Part shown: positions 45,367 to 55,135 of the stretch, one piece after another
Layout of the letters: every line of letters starts with the position of its first letter
How positions within the stretch are numbered: position 1 is the stretch's first letter
Origin: a virus
Taxonomy: Duplodnaviria > Caudoviricetes
Length of the DNA stretch: 55,137 bases
Strand: one strand, 5' to 3'
Virus record (IMG/VR): IMGVR_UViG_3300032327_000495
Coordinates: 1-55,137 of that record
The notes under the pieces: generated by a model
The model's input: the letters and a program-made list of their open reading frames with translations, nothing else
Told to the model about the DNA's origin: nothing
Database searches by the model: none
Program-made: the position numbers and the translations under genes

Positions 45367-48126
45367 TTACTTAAGTCCGGCTAATTTTTTCCACTGTGCT
45401 ACTGCATCTGTAGAATCTACTGATTCGTTGATGTCAGTTGTTTTACGAGCAACTTGTCTACCTAATTGGCTTGCAATAACAGGGATAGTTGTTTGGCCAG
45501 TTGACTTGCGCTTGTTCAAACCACCACTGATAACATTCATCATAAAATCAATATCAGTTTCAAATGATGTATCTGTACCTTTTTGTCCTGCATTGTTGGC
45601 CCATTCATCAAGTTTGGCTCCCTCTTTCAAACGACCATCATTTTCTGCTGATTTTAATAATGCAGCACGATCGGCATAGCTACCACGCTTAACATCTTTG
45701 GCAGCATCTTTTTCACCCTGAGTAGGATTTTTAACATGCTTTAATGGATTAAACTTTTCTTCTTCATCTTCTTCAGATACCATTGGCTCTACTGGTTCTT
45801 CACTAGCTTCCGAGCCACCCTCACCTTCATCAATGTCATCGCTTGGGTTATATGCGGCGCCTGCTGCATTGGCTTGTGCTGTATCGGCAATTTCAGTTGC
45901 TTCTTCTGCCTCACCACTATCAGGTGGATTATCTTCAGCCATTTGATAAGTCATTTGGTCTTCTGATTCTACCTCATCAACCATTTCTTTATCATCGCAA
46001 CCGCACGATTCATATGCCATACCACATTCGTTGCAACTTTCTTCATGGACATGATCATGGCTTTCTTCACTACCTTCTTCGTCAGCGTAGTCGCCGTTAC
46101 CAGATTCGCCACCTGTAACTTTCTTAATCAATGCCATCATACCATCATGGTCACCGACAACATCTAAACCACCGTGTTGTGGAGCATCACCTTGTGGAGC
46201 ACCGTACCCGTTTGTTTCTTCACCACCAAACAAGCCTAAACCTGCCGATTTGATTAAACCCAATAATTGTTCTGCTTCAGAATCCTGTGCTGAAACACTT
46301 ACTGAATCGGGAGAGCCTTGGTTTCCTTTACTAATAGAAACAGTCATGCCTTCTGCAACATCTTCTTTGGATTCCAACAAAGCATTCAATTGTTGTTCTA
46401 ATGCTTCAAAAGCAAATGGACTTTCTAATACTTCTTTATCTTTGAAAGTTTGACCAAATGCTTTAAACGTATCGCCCGGAGTCTTCATTGCTTGTTGCTT
46501 CATGTATGCAGTCTTATCCATTTCATACATATCATCTTCCATAGCAGGCTCACGCATAGCTTGATTTGCCATACCAGGAACTGTTGCTGGAGGATTTGTT
46601 TCACCTACATAACCTTGAATTGGCATTTGACCATAGCATTCATCAAGACCTTCTTTATAGCCTTCGTGATAGTGCTTTGATTCTTCCATGTCATCATATG
46701 AGCAATTATAGCCTTGCTTACCTAAAGCATGTGCTTTACCTGTATGACGGGCAGCTTTTAATCTATGTTCCATACCTTCTTTAACTTTCTTTTTATCTTG
46801 GGCGGCTTTCTTCATTGGTTCTTTTTTGTTACCGTCTTTGTCAAGGTCTAAGAAGTCAGGCTTTTTGCCTTCTAACATACCTTGATTGCGTCCAGCGCCT
46901 AAACCAGCACCCATGTCACCATCATGTGTAGGCTGATCTGCCTCTTTTATTTTCTTCATTTGTGCGCCAGCAATACGCTTTGCCGCCTCTACACCATACT
47001 TAGGTGTTAACTTCTTAACTAATGCATCAAAGCCAGTAGTAGCATTGTTGTGCTTACCAATATCACCTTCTGGTAGATTTGGTTCAGGATGACGACCTAG
47101 TCTATCAGCAACTCGGTCTTTCATGCTCTTAGCATCTTGTTTGTGCATTACACCTGCTTTAGTGGTACGGAAATCGCCGACTGGTTTATTAGCACCACCT
47201 AAATTACTAGACCTATAGGCTCCGGAACCCCTGCCATCATCACGGCCGCCATAGCTTGCATGGGCGGCTCGCATCAAATGCTCACTGCCTTTTTGTCCAA
47301 ATCTTTTGGCTACATATTGCTCAATTGCATCACTTTCAGCAGATTCTTTGTCATCATAACTACCTTCATGTCCTTGATAGAACAATTGAGTATAACGGTT
47401 AATTATTTCATTGAACGAAGGATTCTTTGACAAGTCAATAGGATTCATAGACATATCTATATCGTACTGTCCTTCTGCCATTTCTTGGTCAGGATTCAAA
47501 GTCATTTCACCCTTGCCAATACTTTGTTTAATCTGTTGTGCTAATTGCGGGTTATTAACTGTACCCAAAGTCTTGTCACCTTGTGCAATAACTTGTGTGT
47601 TCTGTGCATTCTGAGGTGCTTGACCTTGAGCTTGTTGCTGCTGGCCAGGCTGTGAGGTTTGACCTGGCTTTTTAGGCATTTGACTTGCTGGTTTAATTTG
47701 AATTTGTTCAGCTTCGTTAAGTGCTTTGTCTAATGAATCAAAATATTCTTTTAGGCCCTTTTTCTTACTGCTTGATTCCTCAACATCAGTGTCATCATCT
47801 ACTTTATTAGAAGCATGGCTTTGTGATTTACCTTTAACAGTTGTAGTTTTCTTCTTGTCGTATTTGGGCAACTTAACATCTTTACCTGCCTTAACACCGA
47901 ATGCGCTAAAGTCATATTTCTTTTCTTCGCCGGTTGAAGAATCAGCATCTTTCTTTGGACGACCACGACCCTTTTTAACATCAGACTTGACTTTCTTGCC
48001 TTCTTCATCTTCATCGTCTTTACGACCGTAACCACCTGGCTCGGCAGTGTGCTTAATGCCAGTTTTAGTTTTTGTTGTAGCTTCGTTCAACTGGTCTAGT
48101 TGTGATAATAAACTTTTGAAATCCAT
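45367..48126 (-). CDS. 919-aa acidic, low-complexity modular protein; putative prohead core/internal protein
   Basis: Many [LIVM]-x-E junctions; AT-hook-like GRGRPKK; EF-hand-like DLDKDGN; C-terminal WKKLAGLK. Confidence 0.7.
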   Translation of the reverse strand: MDFKSLLSQLDQLNEATTKTKTGIKHTAEPGGYGRKDDEDEEGKKVKSDVKKGRGRPKKDADSSTGEEKKYDFSAFGVKAGKDVKLPKYDKKKTTTVKGKSQSHASNKVDDDTDVEESSSKKKGLKEYFDSLDKALNEAEQIQIKPASQMPKKPGQTSQPGQQQQAQGQAPQNAQNTQVIAQGDKTLGTVNNPQLAQQIKQSIGKGEMTLNPDQEMAEGQYDIDMSMNPIDLSKNPSFNEIINRYTQLFYQGHEGSYDDKESAESDAIEQYVAKRFGQKGSEHLMRAAHASYGGRDDGRGSGAYRSSNLGGANKPVGDFRTTKAGVMHKQDAKSMKDRVADRLGRHPEPNLPEGDIGKHNNATTGFDALVKKLTPKYGVEAAKRIAGAQMKKIKEADQPTHDGDMGAGLGAGRNQGMLEGKKPDFLDLDKDGNKKEPMKKAAQDKKKVKEGMEHRLKAARHTGKAHALGKQGYNCSYDDMEESKHYHEGYKEGLDECYGQMPIQGYVGETNPPATVPGMANQAMREPAMEDDMYEMDKTAYMKQQAMKTPGDTFKAFGQTFKDKEVLESPFAFEALEQQLNALLESKEDVAEGMTVSISKGNQGSPDSVSVSAQDSEAEQLLGLIKSAGLGLFGGEETNGYGAPQGDAPQHGGLDVVGDHDGMMALIKKVTGGESGNGDYADEEGSEESHDHVHEESCNECGMAYESCGCDDKEMVDEVESEDQMTYQMAEDNPPDSGEAEEATEIADTAQANAAGAAYNPSDDIDEGEGGSEASEEPVEPMVSEEDEEEKFNPLKHVKNPTQGEKDAAKDVKRGSYADRAALLKSAENDGRLKEGAKLDEWANNAGQKGTDTSFETDIDFMMNVISGGLNKRKSTGQTTIPVIASQLGRQVARKTTDINESVDSTDAVAQWKKLAGLK

Positions 48127-48144
48127 ATTATATGTTCCTTTTAA

Positions 48145-48768
48145 TTATTTACTTGCGCCAGTTGCAGGCTTTGCAGGGCGTTTGATTGTACTCATTGGGC
48201 TTTTAATTCCTCTTGGATCATTATCCAAATATGGCTTGAACGGGTCAAACGCATCAGGGGTTTTCTTAGCATCATAAGGTATATCAATCTTAGAATCTTT
48301 TGCTTGTTTCTGTATAGAACTCAAGTATGAATCGCTATAATTCTTATTTGCTTCTTTAGCACCAGGTTGTTCTTCTAATTCAGGGTGTAACAATAGTGGA
48401 TTGTGATCCATTTCGTTAGCATAACCTGTCGCTTCACTATTAATGCTATCATCAAAGTCAGTACTCACAACACGAACCATATCAACTTGATAGCCTAGTA
48501 ATTGTGCAATTTGTTGAATCATTGGCTCAGTCGCTGGATAGCGAAATTCTGCTTTAATGATAGTAACACTTTGATTGCTCAAGTTAGGAAATCCATATGG
48601 ATCTTTTTGTATAGGTGTACTAGTAGGCTCGCCAATTTTAACTGGATCAAACTTTTTTAAGTTGTACTTAAATAAGTCGATAAAGTTCTTATCAACATCC
48701 CCTGCAATTTTAATAGTGTAGTTGTAAGTGTGAACACTCTCTACGATGTATTGTTTTAGGCTACGCAT
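48145..48768 (-). CDS. putative head-associated protein
   Basis: CTS-like N-terminus MRSLKQYIVE; late promoter at 48788-48795. Confidence 0.65.
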   Translation of the reverse strand: MRSLKQYIVESVHTYNYTIKIAGDVDKNFIDLFKYNLKKFDPVKIGEPTSTPIQKDPYGFPNLSNQSVTIIKAEFRYPATEPMIQQIAQLLGYQVDMVRVVSTDFDDSINSEATGYANEMDHNPLLLHPELEEQPGAKEANKNYSDSYLSSIQKQAKDSKIDIPYDAKKTPDAFDPFKPYLDNDPRGIKSPMSTIKRPAKPATGASK

Positions 48769-48793
48769 TTCTTATTCCTGTATTCTGTATTTA

Positions 48794-49276
48794 TCATTTA
48801 TTGTCTGTTTTAGCAGACAACATCTTAAGTAGTTCATTACGGTCTAGACTTTTACCTTCACCTAAGGGGGTAGCTTCAATTTCTTCTGTTTTAGAAGCAA
48901 CCTTTTGATCTAAACTTGCTTTCTTTAATTGCAAATCAAGCATTTTTAGTTTCTTGTTAATCTTTGCTGTCTTAGCAGTAATAGCATGTCCTAACATACT
49001 GCTAGCACTATTGAATATCTCACTTGCAAAACGACTATCCACTTGCATACCCAAATCCATCAAGTCTTTGTAACTATTGGTGGCCATACTTGCTAATTCA
49101 TCTATCTCATTATCGGCAGCCTCTAATCCACGAACTTGTGGCAAAGCATTTTCTATCTTTTCTAAGGTATTAAGTGCATCAGTTGTTATTTCTTCTGCAT
49201 TTTCAGGGATAGAAATAGTCAAACCTCTAGTTTCGTCCTGAGGCAACTCGAATAATTCTTGCAATTTTTTTGTCAT
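48794..49276 (-). CDS. helical protein, possibly terminase small subunit
   Basis: Helical hairpin plus RNELLKML end, reminiscent of gp16; function tentative. Confidence 0.4.
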   Translation of the reverse strand: MTKKLQELFELPQDETRGLTISIPENAEEITTDALNTLEKIENALPQVRGLEAADNEIDELASMATNSYKDLMDLGMQVDSRFASEIFNSASSMLGHAITAKTAKINKKLKMLDLQLKKASLDQKVASKTEEIEATPLGEGKSLDRNELLKMLSAKTDNK

Positions 49277-49287
49277 AAATTATTTAG

Positions 49288-49725
49288 TTACTTTCGTGAA
49301 CCGTTTCTAAAAAGGTCATCCTCCGTCAAAACGCGAAAAGTATAGCCCTGGCTTTTGCAATAGGCAGAACATGCTGCCCATTTGGCATGGTTGATTGCTA
49401 CTACCATTCTGTCTTTAGCGTTAGCAACTTTGCTTTCAATAAGACTTTGTTTTTTTGGTTTAATCTCTACTACTTCTGCTATTTGTTTACCGTACTTATT
49501 TTGATAAACAACAAAAAAGTCGGGTATATAATTCTTTGCTTGCCCCGTAAACGGATTGCGATAGGGAACTGATATAGCTTCACTGGCCCAATATAACACA
49601 CTGTTGTTGTTATCACAGAAATTCATAAATGTAAGTTCCCATCCACTGCGATATCTAGGTGTGTGTTTACCTACATATTTTTGAGGATTCTTGGGGGTAA
49701 ATGTCCCCTGTGCGTACTTAGCCAT
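49288..49725 (-). CDS. head completion protein (T4 gp4-like, TnsA-like PD-(D/E)xK fold)
   Basis: PKNPQKYVG, YRSGWE, WASE, YIPDF, VEIKP, NHAKW, FRVLTE. Confidence 0.85.
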   Translation of the reverse strand: MAKYAQGTFTPKNPQKYVGKHTPRYRSGWELTFMNFCDNNNSVLYWASEAISVPYRNPFTGQAKNYIPDFFVVYQNKYGKQIAEVVEIKPKKQSLIESKVANAKDRMVVAINHAKWAACSAYCKSQGYTFRVLTEDDLFRNGSRK

Positions 49726-50084
49726 TATTGTACTATGTTTCTAGCAACTGGTTCGTTGGGTTGCGGAACAGTACCAAAACCATAAAGTGAACTTTTGCTT
49801 TTAAAGCTATTTAAATAATATGCAATGACTGTATTAAGTTCAAGTTTTGATTTACCTTGAATATAATTTAATAACTCTAATACAGATATTTGTGTTTCTT
49901 GTGATATTCTAAACAAATATACAGTAAAGTTACCTGCTATTTGTGTCGTGTCACAAATACTTTTGAAGTATGAAAATACAATGTCATACTCACTGACATT
50001 AACAACCAAGTTGAATGAATAAAATTCATCAAAAATTCTAACTGTTTGGTCTGTACTTGAGCGTGAATCGATAACTTGTGCCAT
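49725..50084 (-). CDS. hypothetical structural-module protein
   Basis: 119 aa; perfect TATAAATA at 50101-50108; GGAG SD. Confidence 0.7.
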   Translation of the reverse strand: MAQVIDSRSSTDQTVRIFDEFYSFNLVVNVSEYDIVFSYFKSICDTTQIAGNFTVYLFRISQETQISVLELLNYIQGKSKLELNTVIAYYLNSFKSKSSLYGFGTVPQPNEPVARNIVQ

Positions 50085-50117
50085 ATAAATCTCCGTAGAG
50101 TATTTATACTATTAAAC

Positions 50118-51335
50118 TCAACCGCCAGGAGTTGTTTGTTTGCCGGCGTTTGGAGTACTAATATCGATCCCATTGCCCGCTGAGTTGATTTGCGCTGGGC
50201 TACTTAATCCTAAATTAGGTGCCCCTGCAATGTTATTAGGACTTGTGCCATAACCAGGATAATATGAATTACTTCTAACTGCTCCGGGTAATTGCTGTTG
50301 AGTAGCGTTTACTAATAATTTGTTCAAATCTTGAGCAGCAACTTGTTTTAAACTTGTATTTTTAAATGTATTGTATGCTGTGCCTGCTGTTCTAACAGCA
50401 CTCAATATGTTACCATTAGATAAATCACTAATAACGCCGCCGGCTGCATCTACTAAACCACCTTTACCTAATATGCTACTATTTGAACCAAGTCTATTAA
50501 TAGGACTAGGAGTTTTGTCATAATTAGTATCTAAACCAAATCCAGTAACTATATTACTAGGAGATTTGCCATCCAATGCACCTTCTGCATATTTCACGGT
50601 TTCATAGTCAATGGTCATGGTATTTGACATTGTTCCATTTCCTTGTGCATAATCATAGGTATCATGATTAAAGGCAGTAATTACTGGATTAATTAATGTA
50701 TACTGCATGAAGTTATGCTGATTCATTCCAAAAATTTGAATGTTTTTAAAAAAGGGAATCTTGCTTATACCCTGACTTGATTGACTAGTTGTGCCGGACT
50801 GTTGACTAGACTCCCCTATAAATCCCCAATCTTCATCACCTGATATATCAGGTTTGTATAAATTGCGTGAATTATAATCAGCAGAACCAGTGTTAGTTCC
50901 TTGCGGTGATCTTCCTGCAGAAGATATTGTCGGTTTAGTGGCATCTTTGAAGTAGTATGTATAATAATTATACCACATATCATTTACTAAATTGCCATTG
51001 TCATCATGAAATACAATGTTAATAGGTTGATATTGTATTTTTGTTTGAACCAATCGTTTTCTGTTATATTGATTTAATGTAGCAGTAGTGATATTATACT
51101 TTGGTAGATCAATTGTTTTTACAGCTAAGCCAAAATTAGAACCCTGCGATATACCTCTAGCGTATACAGCAGGGTTGATTTCAAAGTATACATGAAATAA
51201 AAACTTAAACTTAGGAGCGTACTGGTAAGAGTTAGTTCTAAAAGTTTTTGCAGCATGGGTGTAGTCCCTTACATAGTCATTGCCAAAGAAACCTTTGGCA
51301 GTATCAGTCAAGAGATTTTGAAAAAACCCAGCCAT
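50118..51335 (-). CDS. tail-tube-like/baseplate tube initiator protein
   Basis: VKTIDLPKY...NQYNR...YQPINIVFHDD...INPVI..F...D...MTIDYE tube-fold pattern. Confidence 0.65.
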   Translation of the reverse strand: MAGFFQNLLTDTAKGFFGNDYVRDYTHAAKTFRTNSYQYAPKFKFLFHVYFEINPAVYARGISQGSNFGLAVKTIDLPKYNITTATLNQYNRKRLVQTKIQYQPINIVFHDDNGNLVNDMWYNYYTYYFKDATKPTISSAGRSPQGTNTGSADYNSRNLYKPDISGDEDWGFIGESSQQSGTTSQSSQGISKIPFFKNIQIFGMNQHNFMQYTLINPVITAFNHDTYDYAQGNGTMSNTMTIDYETVKYAEGALDGKSPSNIVTGFGLDTNYDKTPSPINRLGSNSSILGKGGLVDAAGGVISDLSNGNILSAVRTAGTAYNTFKNTSLKQVAAQDLNKLLVNATQQQLPGAVRSNSYYPGYGTSPNNIAGAPNLGLSSPAQINSAGNGIDISTPNAGKQTTPGG

Positions 51336-51350
51336 GTAATAATTTAATTA

Positions 51351-51986
51351 TTAGGCTTGACCGGATCCGATACCAGTAGCAATAGAACCACCTAGTATAC
51401 GACCAATATTTGTACCAACTCCAGAGCTTAATGGTGACTGAACTGCGTTATCATAACGAATTGTCATACCAATTTGAACTACTTCGTTTGTACCGTAATT
51501 TAAGTTGTTATAGTTTGCTTGTTGCAAGAAGCAACCATAGCATTCCCAAGTTTCTAGTACTATTGGTGCTGCTGTACCATTGCCACCATCTAATATTTCA
51601 ATGTTTGTTTGGAACTTGTAGTCTTGACCAGTTGCCGCACTCGCTTGCTCAACAAAGTCTAATTGTTTCTGCAATTGTTGTCCGATTAGTTTAGACACTT
51701 GACCCTGTGCGTCATCTCTAACGTTCACTGTCAATGCTTGCCATTCGTGACGACCTGCAAGATATATTGTTGAGTTATAAACCGGTATTGTAATTTCACC
51801 AAAACTAACTTGCGGACGAGTTACGTCTACAACTTGTTTAGTTAATTCTATCGTTTGACCAACACCAAAATTCAGAAAGTTAACTCTGAAACGGTATTGC
51901 AATTTGGGCATCAACAAGCCCTGGTTACCACCAGCGTTATCGCTAGCTACGGTCATGTTGAACAATGATTGTGAGGCTGTTGCCAT
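51351..51986 (-). CDS. tail tube protein (gp19-like)
   Basis: PKLQYRFRV, YLAGRHEWQ...VRDD, ETWECYGCF...YDNA; downstream of the sheath. Confidence 0.85.
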   Translation of the reverse strand: MATASQSLFNMTVASDNAGGNQGLLMPKLQYRFRVNFLNFGVGQTIELTKQVVDVTRPQVSFGEITIPVYNSTIYLAGRHEWQALTVNVRDDAQGQVSKLIGQQLQKQLDFVEQASAATGQDYKFQTNIEILDGGNGTAAPIVLETWECYGCFLQQANYNNLNYGTNEVVQIGMTIRYDNAVQSPLSSGVGTNIGRILGGSIATGIGSGQA

Positions 51987-52021
51987 TTTTTATCTCCTGT
52001 ATACTTATTTATCTTTAATGT

Positions 52022-52043
52022 TGATACCCCCTAAGGGGTATCA
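52022..52043 (-). other. perfect 9-bp hairpin between sheath and tube genes (weak terminator or mRNA stabiliser)
   Basis: TGATACCCC-TTAG-GGGGTATCA with no U tract, followed by GATAAATA (52006-52013). Confidence 0.6.
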
Positions 52044-52045
52044 CT

Positions 52046-55000
52046 TTACGCTGTACCTGCTATCTCACCTGTGTTTAGAACACGAACCGGGATATATATG
52101 AATTCAACAGCCTTAACAGGCTCAATTGCAACATCAATCCACAATTCATTTCTATCTATACGAGCCGGTGTGTTGTTACTTTCGTCACATACTACCAAGT
52201 AGTCATAGATACCACGTTTAGCAACTAAATCAACTAACAATGTTTGTATAACACCTGCAATCTCATTGCGTGTTAATTGGTCGTTGGGTTCAAATACAAA
52301 CGGACGAGCCGCAATAGTTAACTGACGGCGTACATAGTTAATCAAACGAGCAACGTTGATTCTATCTAATGCACTTTGTGAGTTGAAACTATTTTTATTA
52401 CCATAGTTCAACAAGCCAACGCCAGTAAAGAATACCATTGGGTTGATTTGGTTGATGTATAGTACATCACGTATACCAATGCGTGTCTTGATTGGTTGGA
52501 ACTCACCTGTAGTACGATCTAAGTAACCAATGTTTAATGCATTGTCAATGTTACCGCGGCGTGTGCCAGCTGGCGCTAACCAAGGATAGGCCACCGTATC
52601 ATTACGTAAGAATGTACGCAACATCATGTGTGATGCTGGCACAACAACTTCGTTACCACTCAAGTCATTCGCAAGTCCACTTGGATAGAATAGACCTAAA
52701 TAAGTATTGCGTGTAACTAATCCTGTTTCACCTGTACTTGATGCACCTGCTTCATTGTTAGCCCAAGCTTGAATTGCAGTAGCATCATCTGGTAGTCCTA
52801 ATGGTGTATCACCGATAATATAAGCTGTCTCTCCGCGATCAGCATTCAACACAACCATATTAGGTTGTAGTTCAGGATAGTTAGGTGTAGCCATCAAATT
52901 GAAGTAGTTATCTTCATCACGGATACTTGTATTTGTATCAATTGCTGAACGCAATGCCTGTACAACCATAGCACGTTGTGCGCCACGCCCCATATATGCT
53001 TGACCCTTTGTATTGTTACCACTCACTGATACCCATGTGTAGCTTACTAATGGCAAGTTATTGACATTAGTTGGAGCTCCTGCATCGTAAGCACCCGCAT
53101 TTGGATAATTAGCACTTGTAAAATAATTTGTTCTAAACTGTTTTACATTATATCCACTACGGCGTGTGTTAAATAACAACATACCTTGAGGATATAGAGT
53201 CGCAACTGGCACATCTAAATCTACATAATTGCTAGATAGTAGTGAACTGATTGTTGGAATAGGATCGTCAATTGGATTGATTGCACCAGAACTAGACCAT
53301 CGAGCGTCGGCAAATACAACACCATTTTGACTTGTTTGGTCAGTAGTGTCTATTAGAACCCATTGATCTATACCACTAACTTGTTGCCAGCGGGATATGA
53401 CTGGATATAATTCTAAATCGCTTGTGTCAATCCACAAATCACCGTATACCAATGCAGTACCATCACTCTGAACAGATGGAGCAGTAGCAGATATGATAGG
53501 ACCGTTTGGATCTGTATCTGGACTACCAGTAGTCGAAGGATGACCATTGGTATCGTATGCAGTTGTACGATAACCTATCCATGTACCATTTTTCTGAACC
53601 ATGATATCTACTTGATCAACTACGCTATAGAACCAATTTGTGTTGTTTGTAGGTTCTGCGACTGGTGCACCTTCATTGCTTGTATAGGTGAATTCTACCC
53701 AATTGCTTAATTGAATATCAAATAATGGAATTGCTTCGCCTGAATAATAAGAAACACCTGTTACAGCATTACTAGCTCCTATTTTAGTAACTACTAGTTG
53801 CAAATCGTTTGCCGGAGTTTGGCCAGCAAGACTGGTACCTGCAATAGTTAAGATATCACCCACTGCGTATCCGGTACCACCTGAGGATATTCCATTATTA
53901 AGTAAATTATTTAAAAAATAAGTACCAAACACTGAAAGAATATTAAATCTTGCGCCGGTGCCAGTTCCACCGGTTGATGCTATATTAGTCCAATTACCAA
54001 CTCTTCTAGGTCCATATTTAACACCAGTTGTTTCACCAATCACAAATCCAGATTCAGCTATAACACCACTGCTTTCTTCATTAATAAGATCATTTAATAT
54101 AATTTCTCCACCTTGAGTGTGAGATAATATAATTGATCCATCGGTTGCAATGTTTGCTTGTGTATACGGTACTCCTGCTGCAGCCCATGCAGTTACAAAA
54201 GCAGTAGCATCTGCTCCATCAGGAATAGTTATAGTATATGAGCTTGAAAGGTTAGTACTACCGGGCACACTAACTGCAGTATACAATGTATATGGCCCTG
54301 AACCATTACATGTAGTATCGTCAAACAATGGACTTGTATTAGTACCAGTAATTACTGTAGGACCAGTAGAAATTCTTTCCCATAAATAATATGGGGCTGA
54401 ACTTAATGATCCGTTATAATTATATTGTCCATAAATTGTACCTGCCGGAATTGCTTTGCCGCCGGTTGAATCTAATTGAGCAATAGCGGCCCAGTCACTA
54501 GTAGCCTGACTTACATTTTTTGCCACCCAACTTGCAGTAGCAGTATTATATCGAGAAACACTAGGATATAATCCATTACCCGCTGTACCTATTTTTATCC
54601 AAACAGAACCAGTTGGTCTTGGAGTAGTTTGTGAACTAGACCATAATGGCATTTGAGCACTTGTTCCGTACGCAACCAATGGTTGATAGTATGTACCTGC
54701 ATCAATACCACAGAATGCTAGTGGGGTGTTACTTCCATCTGTTAATGCGATATAAGGAACACCTGAAGCAAGAAGTTGATCAGACAAAATTTGCAATTTA
54801 CCACTAACTACTCTAGCAGTTACCACCGGTGTGTCAATATTATTAATTGCAGTTGCAACATCATTTACAGTAGTGCCGGTCACAGTAACAGTAACAGTGT
54901 ATGTACCGCTTACATTTAACGTAAAATTGCTAGTAGAGCTTAGTGTGGGATTAGATATAGATCCTTGTACAGTAGGAATATCACTTCTCCAGCTAGATCC

Positions 55001-55135
55001 TCCTAATGAAACCCATTCATTACTTGATGTTTTATAGAAAAAAGTTTTTATAGATGGGCTACTTGGTACAACATCAGTTGATGGTTGTATAGCGTTGACT
55101 GCATACTCACCAATATTACCGATACTATTTAACGG
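52046..55135 (-). CDS. contractile tail sheath protein (gp18-like), 5'-truncated by the window
   Basis: PWLAPAGTRRG, LYINQINP, DRINVARL, FVFEPND, VCDESNNTP..IDRNEL, VEFIYIP; frame is open from 54883 to the window edge. Confidence 0.93.
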   Translation of the reverse strand, partial: PLNSIGNIGEYAVNAIQPSTDVVPSSPSIKTFFYKTSSNEWVSLGGSSWRSDIPTVQGSISNPTLSSTSNFTLNVSGTYTVTVTVTGTTVNDVATAINNIDTPVVTARVVSGKLQILSDQLLASGVPYIALTDGSNTPLAFCGIDAGTYYQPLVAYGTSAQMPLWSSSQTTPRPTGSVWIKIGTAGNGLYPSVSRYNTATASWVAKNVSQATSDWAAIAQLDSTGGKAIPAGTIYGQYNYNGSLSSAPYYLWERISTGPTVITGTNTSPLFDDTTCNGSGPYTLYTAVSVPGSTNLSSSYTITIPDGADATAFVTAWAAAGVPYTQANIATDGSIILSHTQGGEIILNDLINEESSGVIAESGFVIGETTGVKYGPRRVGNWTNIASTGGTGTGARFNILSVFGTYFLNNLLNNGISSGGTGYAVGDILTIAGTSLAGQTPANDLQLVVTKIGASNAVTGVSYYSGEAIPLFDIQLSNWVEFTYTSNEGAPVAEPTNNTNWFYSVVDQVDIMVQKNGTWIGYRTTAYDTNGHPSTTGSPDTDPNGPIISATAPSVQSDGTALVYGDLWIDTSDLELYPVISRWQQVSGIDQWVLIDTTDQTSQNGVVFADARWSSSGAINPIDDPIPTISSLLSSNYVDLDVPVATLYPQGMLLFNTRRSGYNVKQFRTNYFTSANYPNAGAYDAGAPTNVNNLPLVSYTWVSVSGNNTKGQAYMGRGAQRAMVVQALRSAIDTNTSIRDEDNYFNLMATPNYPELQPNMVVLNADRGETAYIIGDTPLGLPDDATAIQAWANNEAGASSTGETGLVTRNTYLGLFYPSGLANDLSGNEVVVPASHMMLRTFLRNDTVAYPWLAPAGTRRGNIDNALNIGYLDRTTGEFQPIKTRIGIRDVLYINQINPMVFFTGVGLLNYGNKNSFNSQSALDRINVARLINYVRRQLTIAARPFVFEPNDQLTRNEIAGVIQTLLVDLVAKRGIYDYLVVCDESNNTPARIDRNELWIDVAIEPVKAVEFIYIPVRVLNTGEIAGTA

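Noticed and set aside
49288-49725. Tn7-like transposon (TnsA)
   Set aside because: No tnsB/tnsC or terminal repeats; context and motifs fit the T4 gp4 head completion protein
701-55037. Numerous 60-140 aa antisense or alternate-frame ORFs in the track (e.g. 701-970, 1799-2032, 5313-5624, 18292-18624, 29098-29523, 47726-48031, 54831-55037)
   Set aside because: They lie inside well-supported genes, show no motifs, and are the expected shadow ORFs
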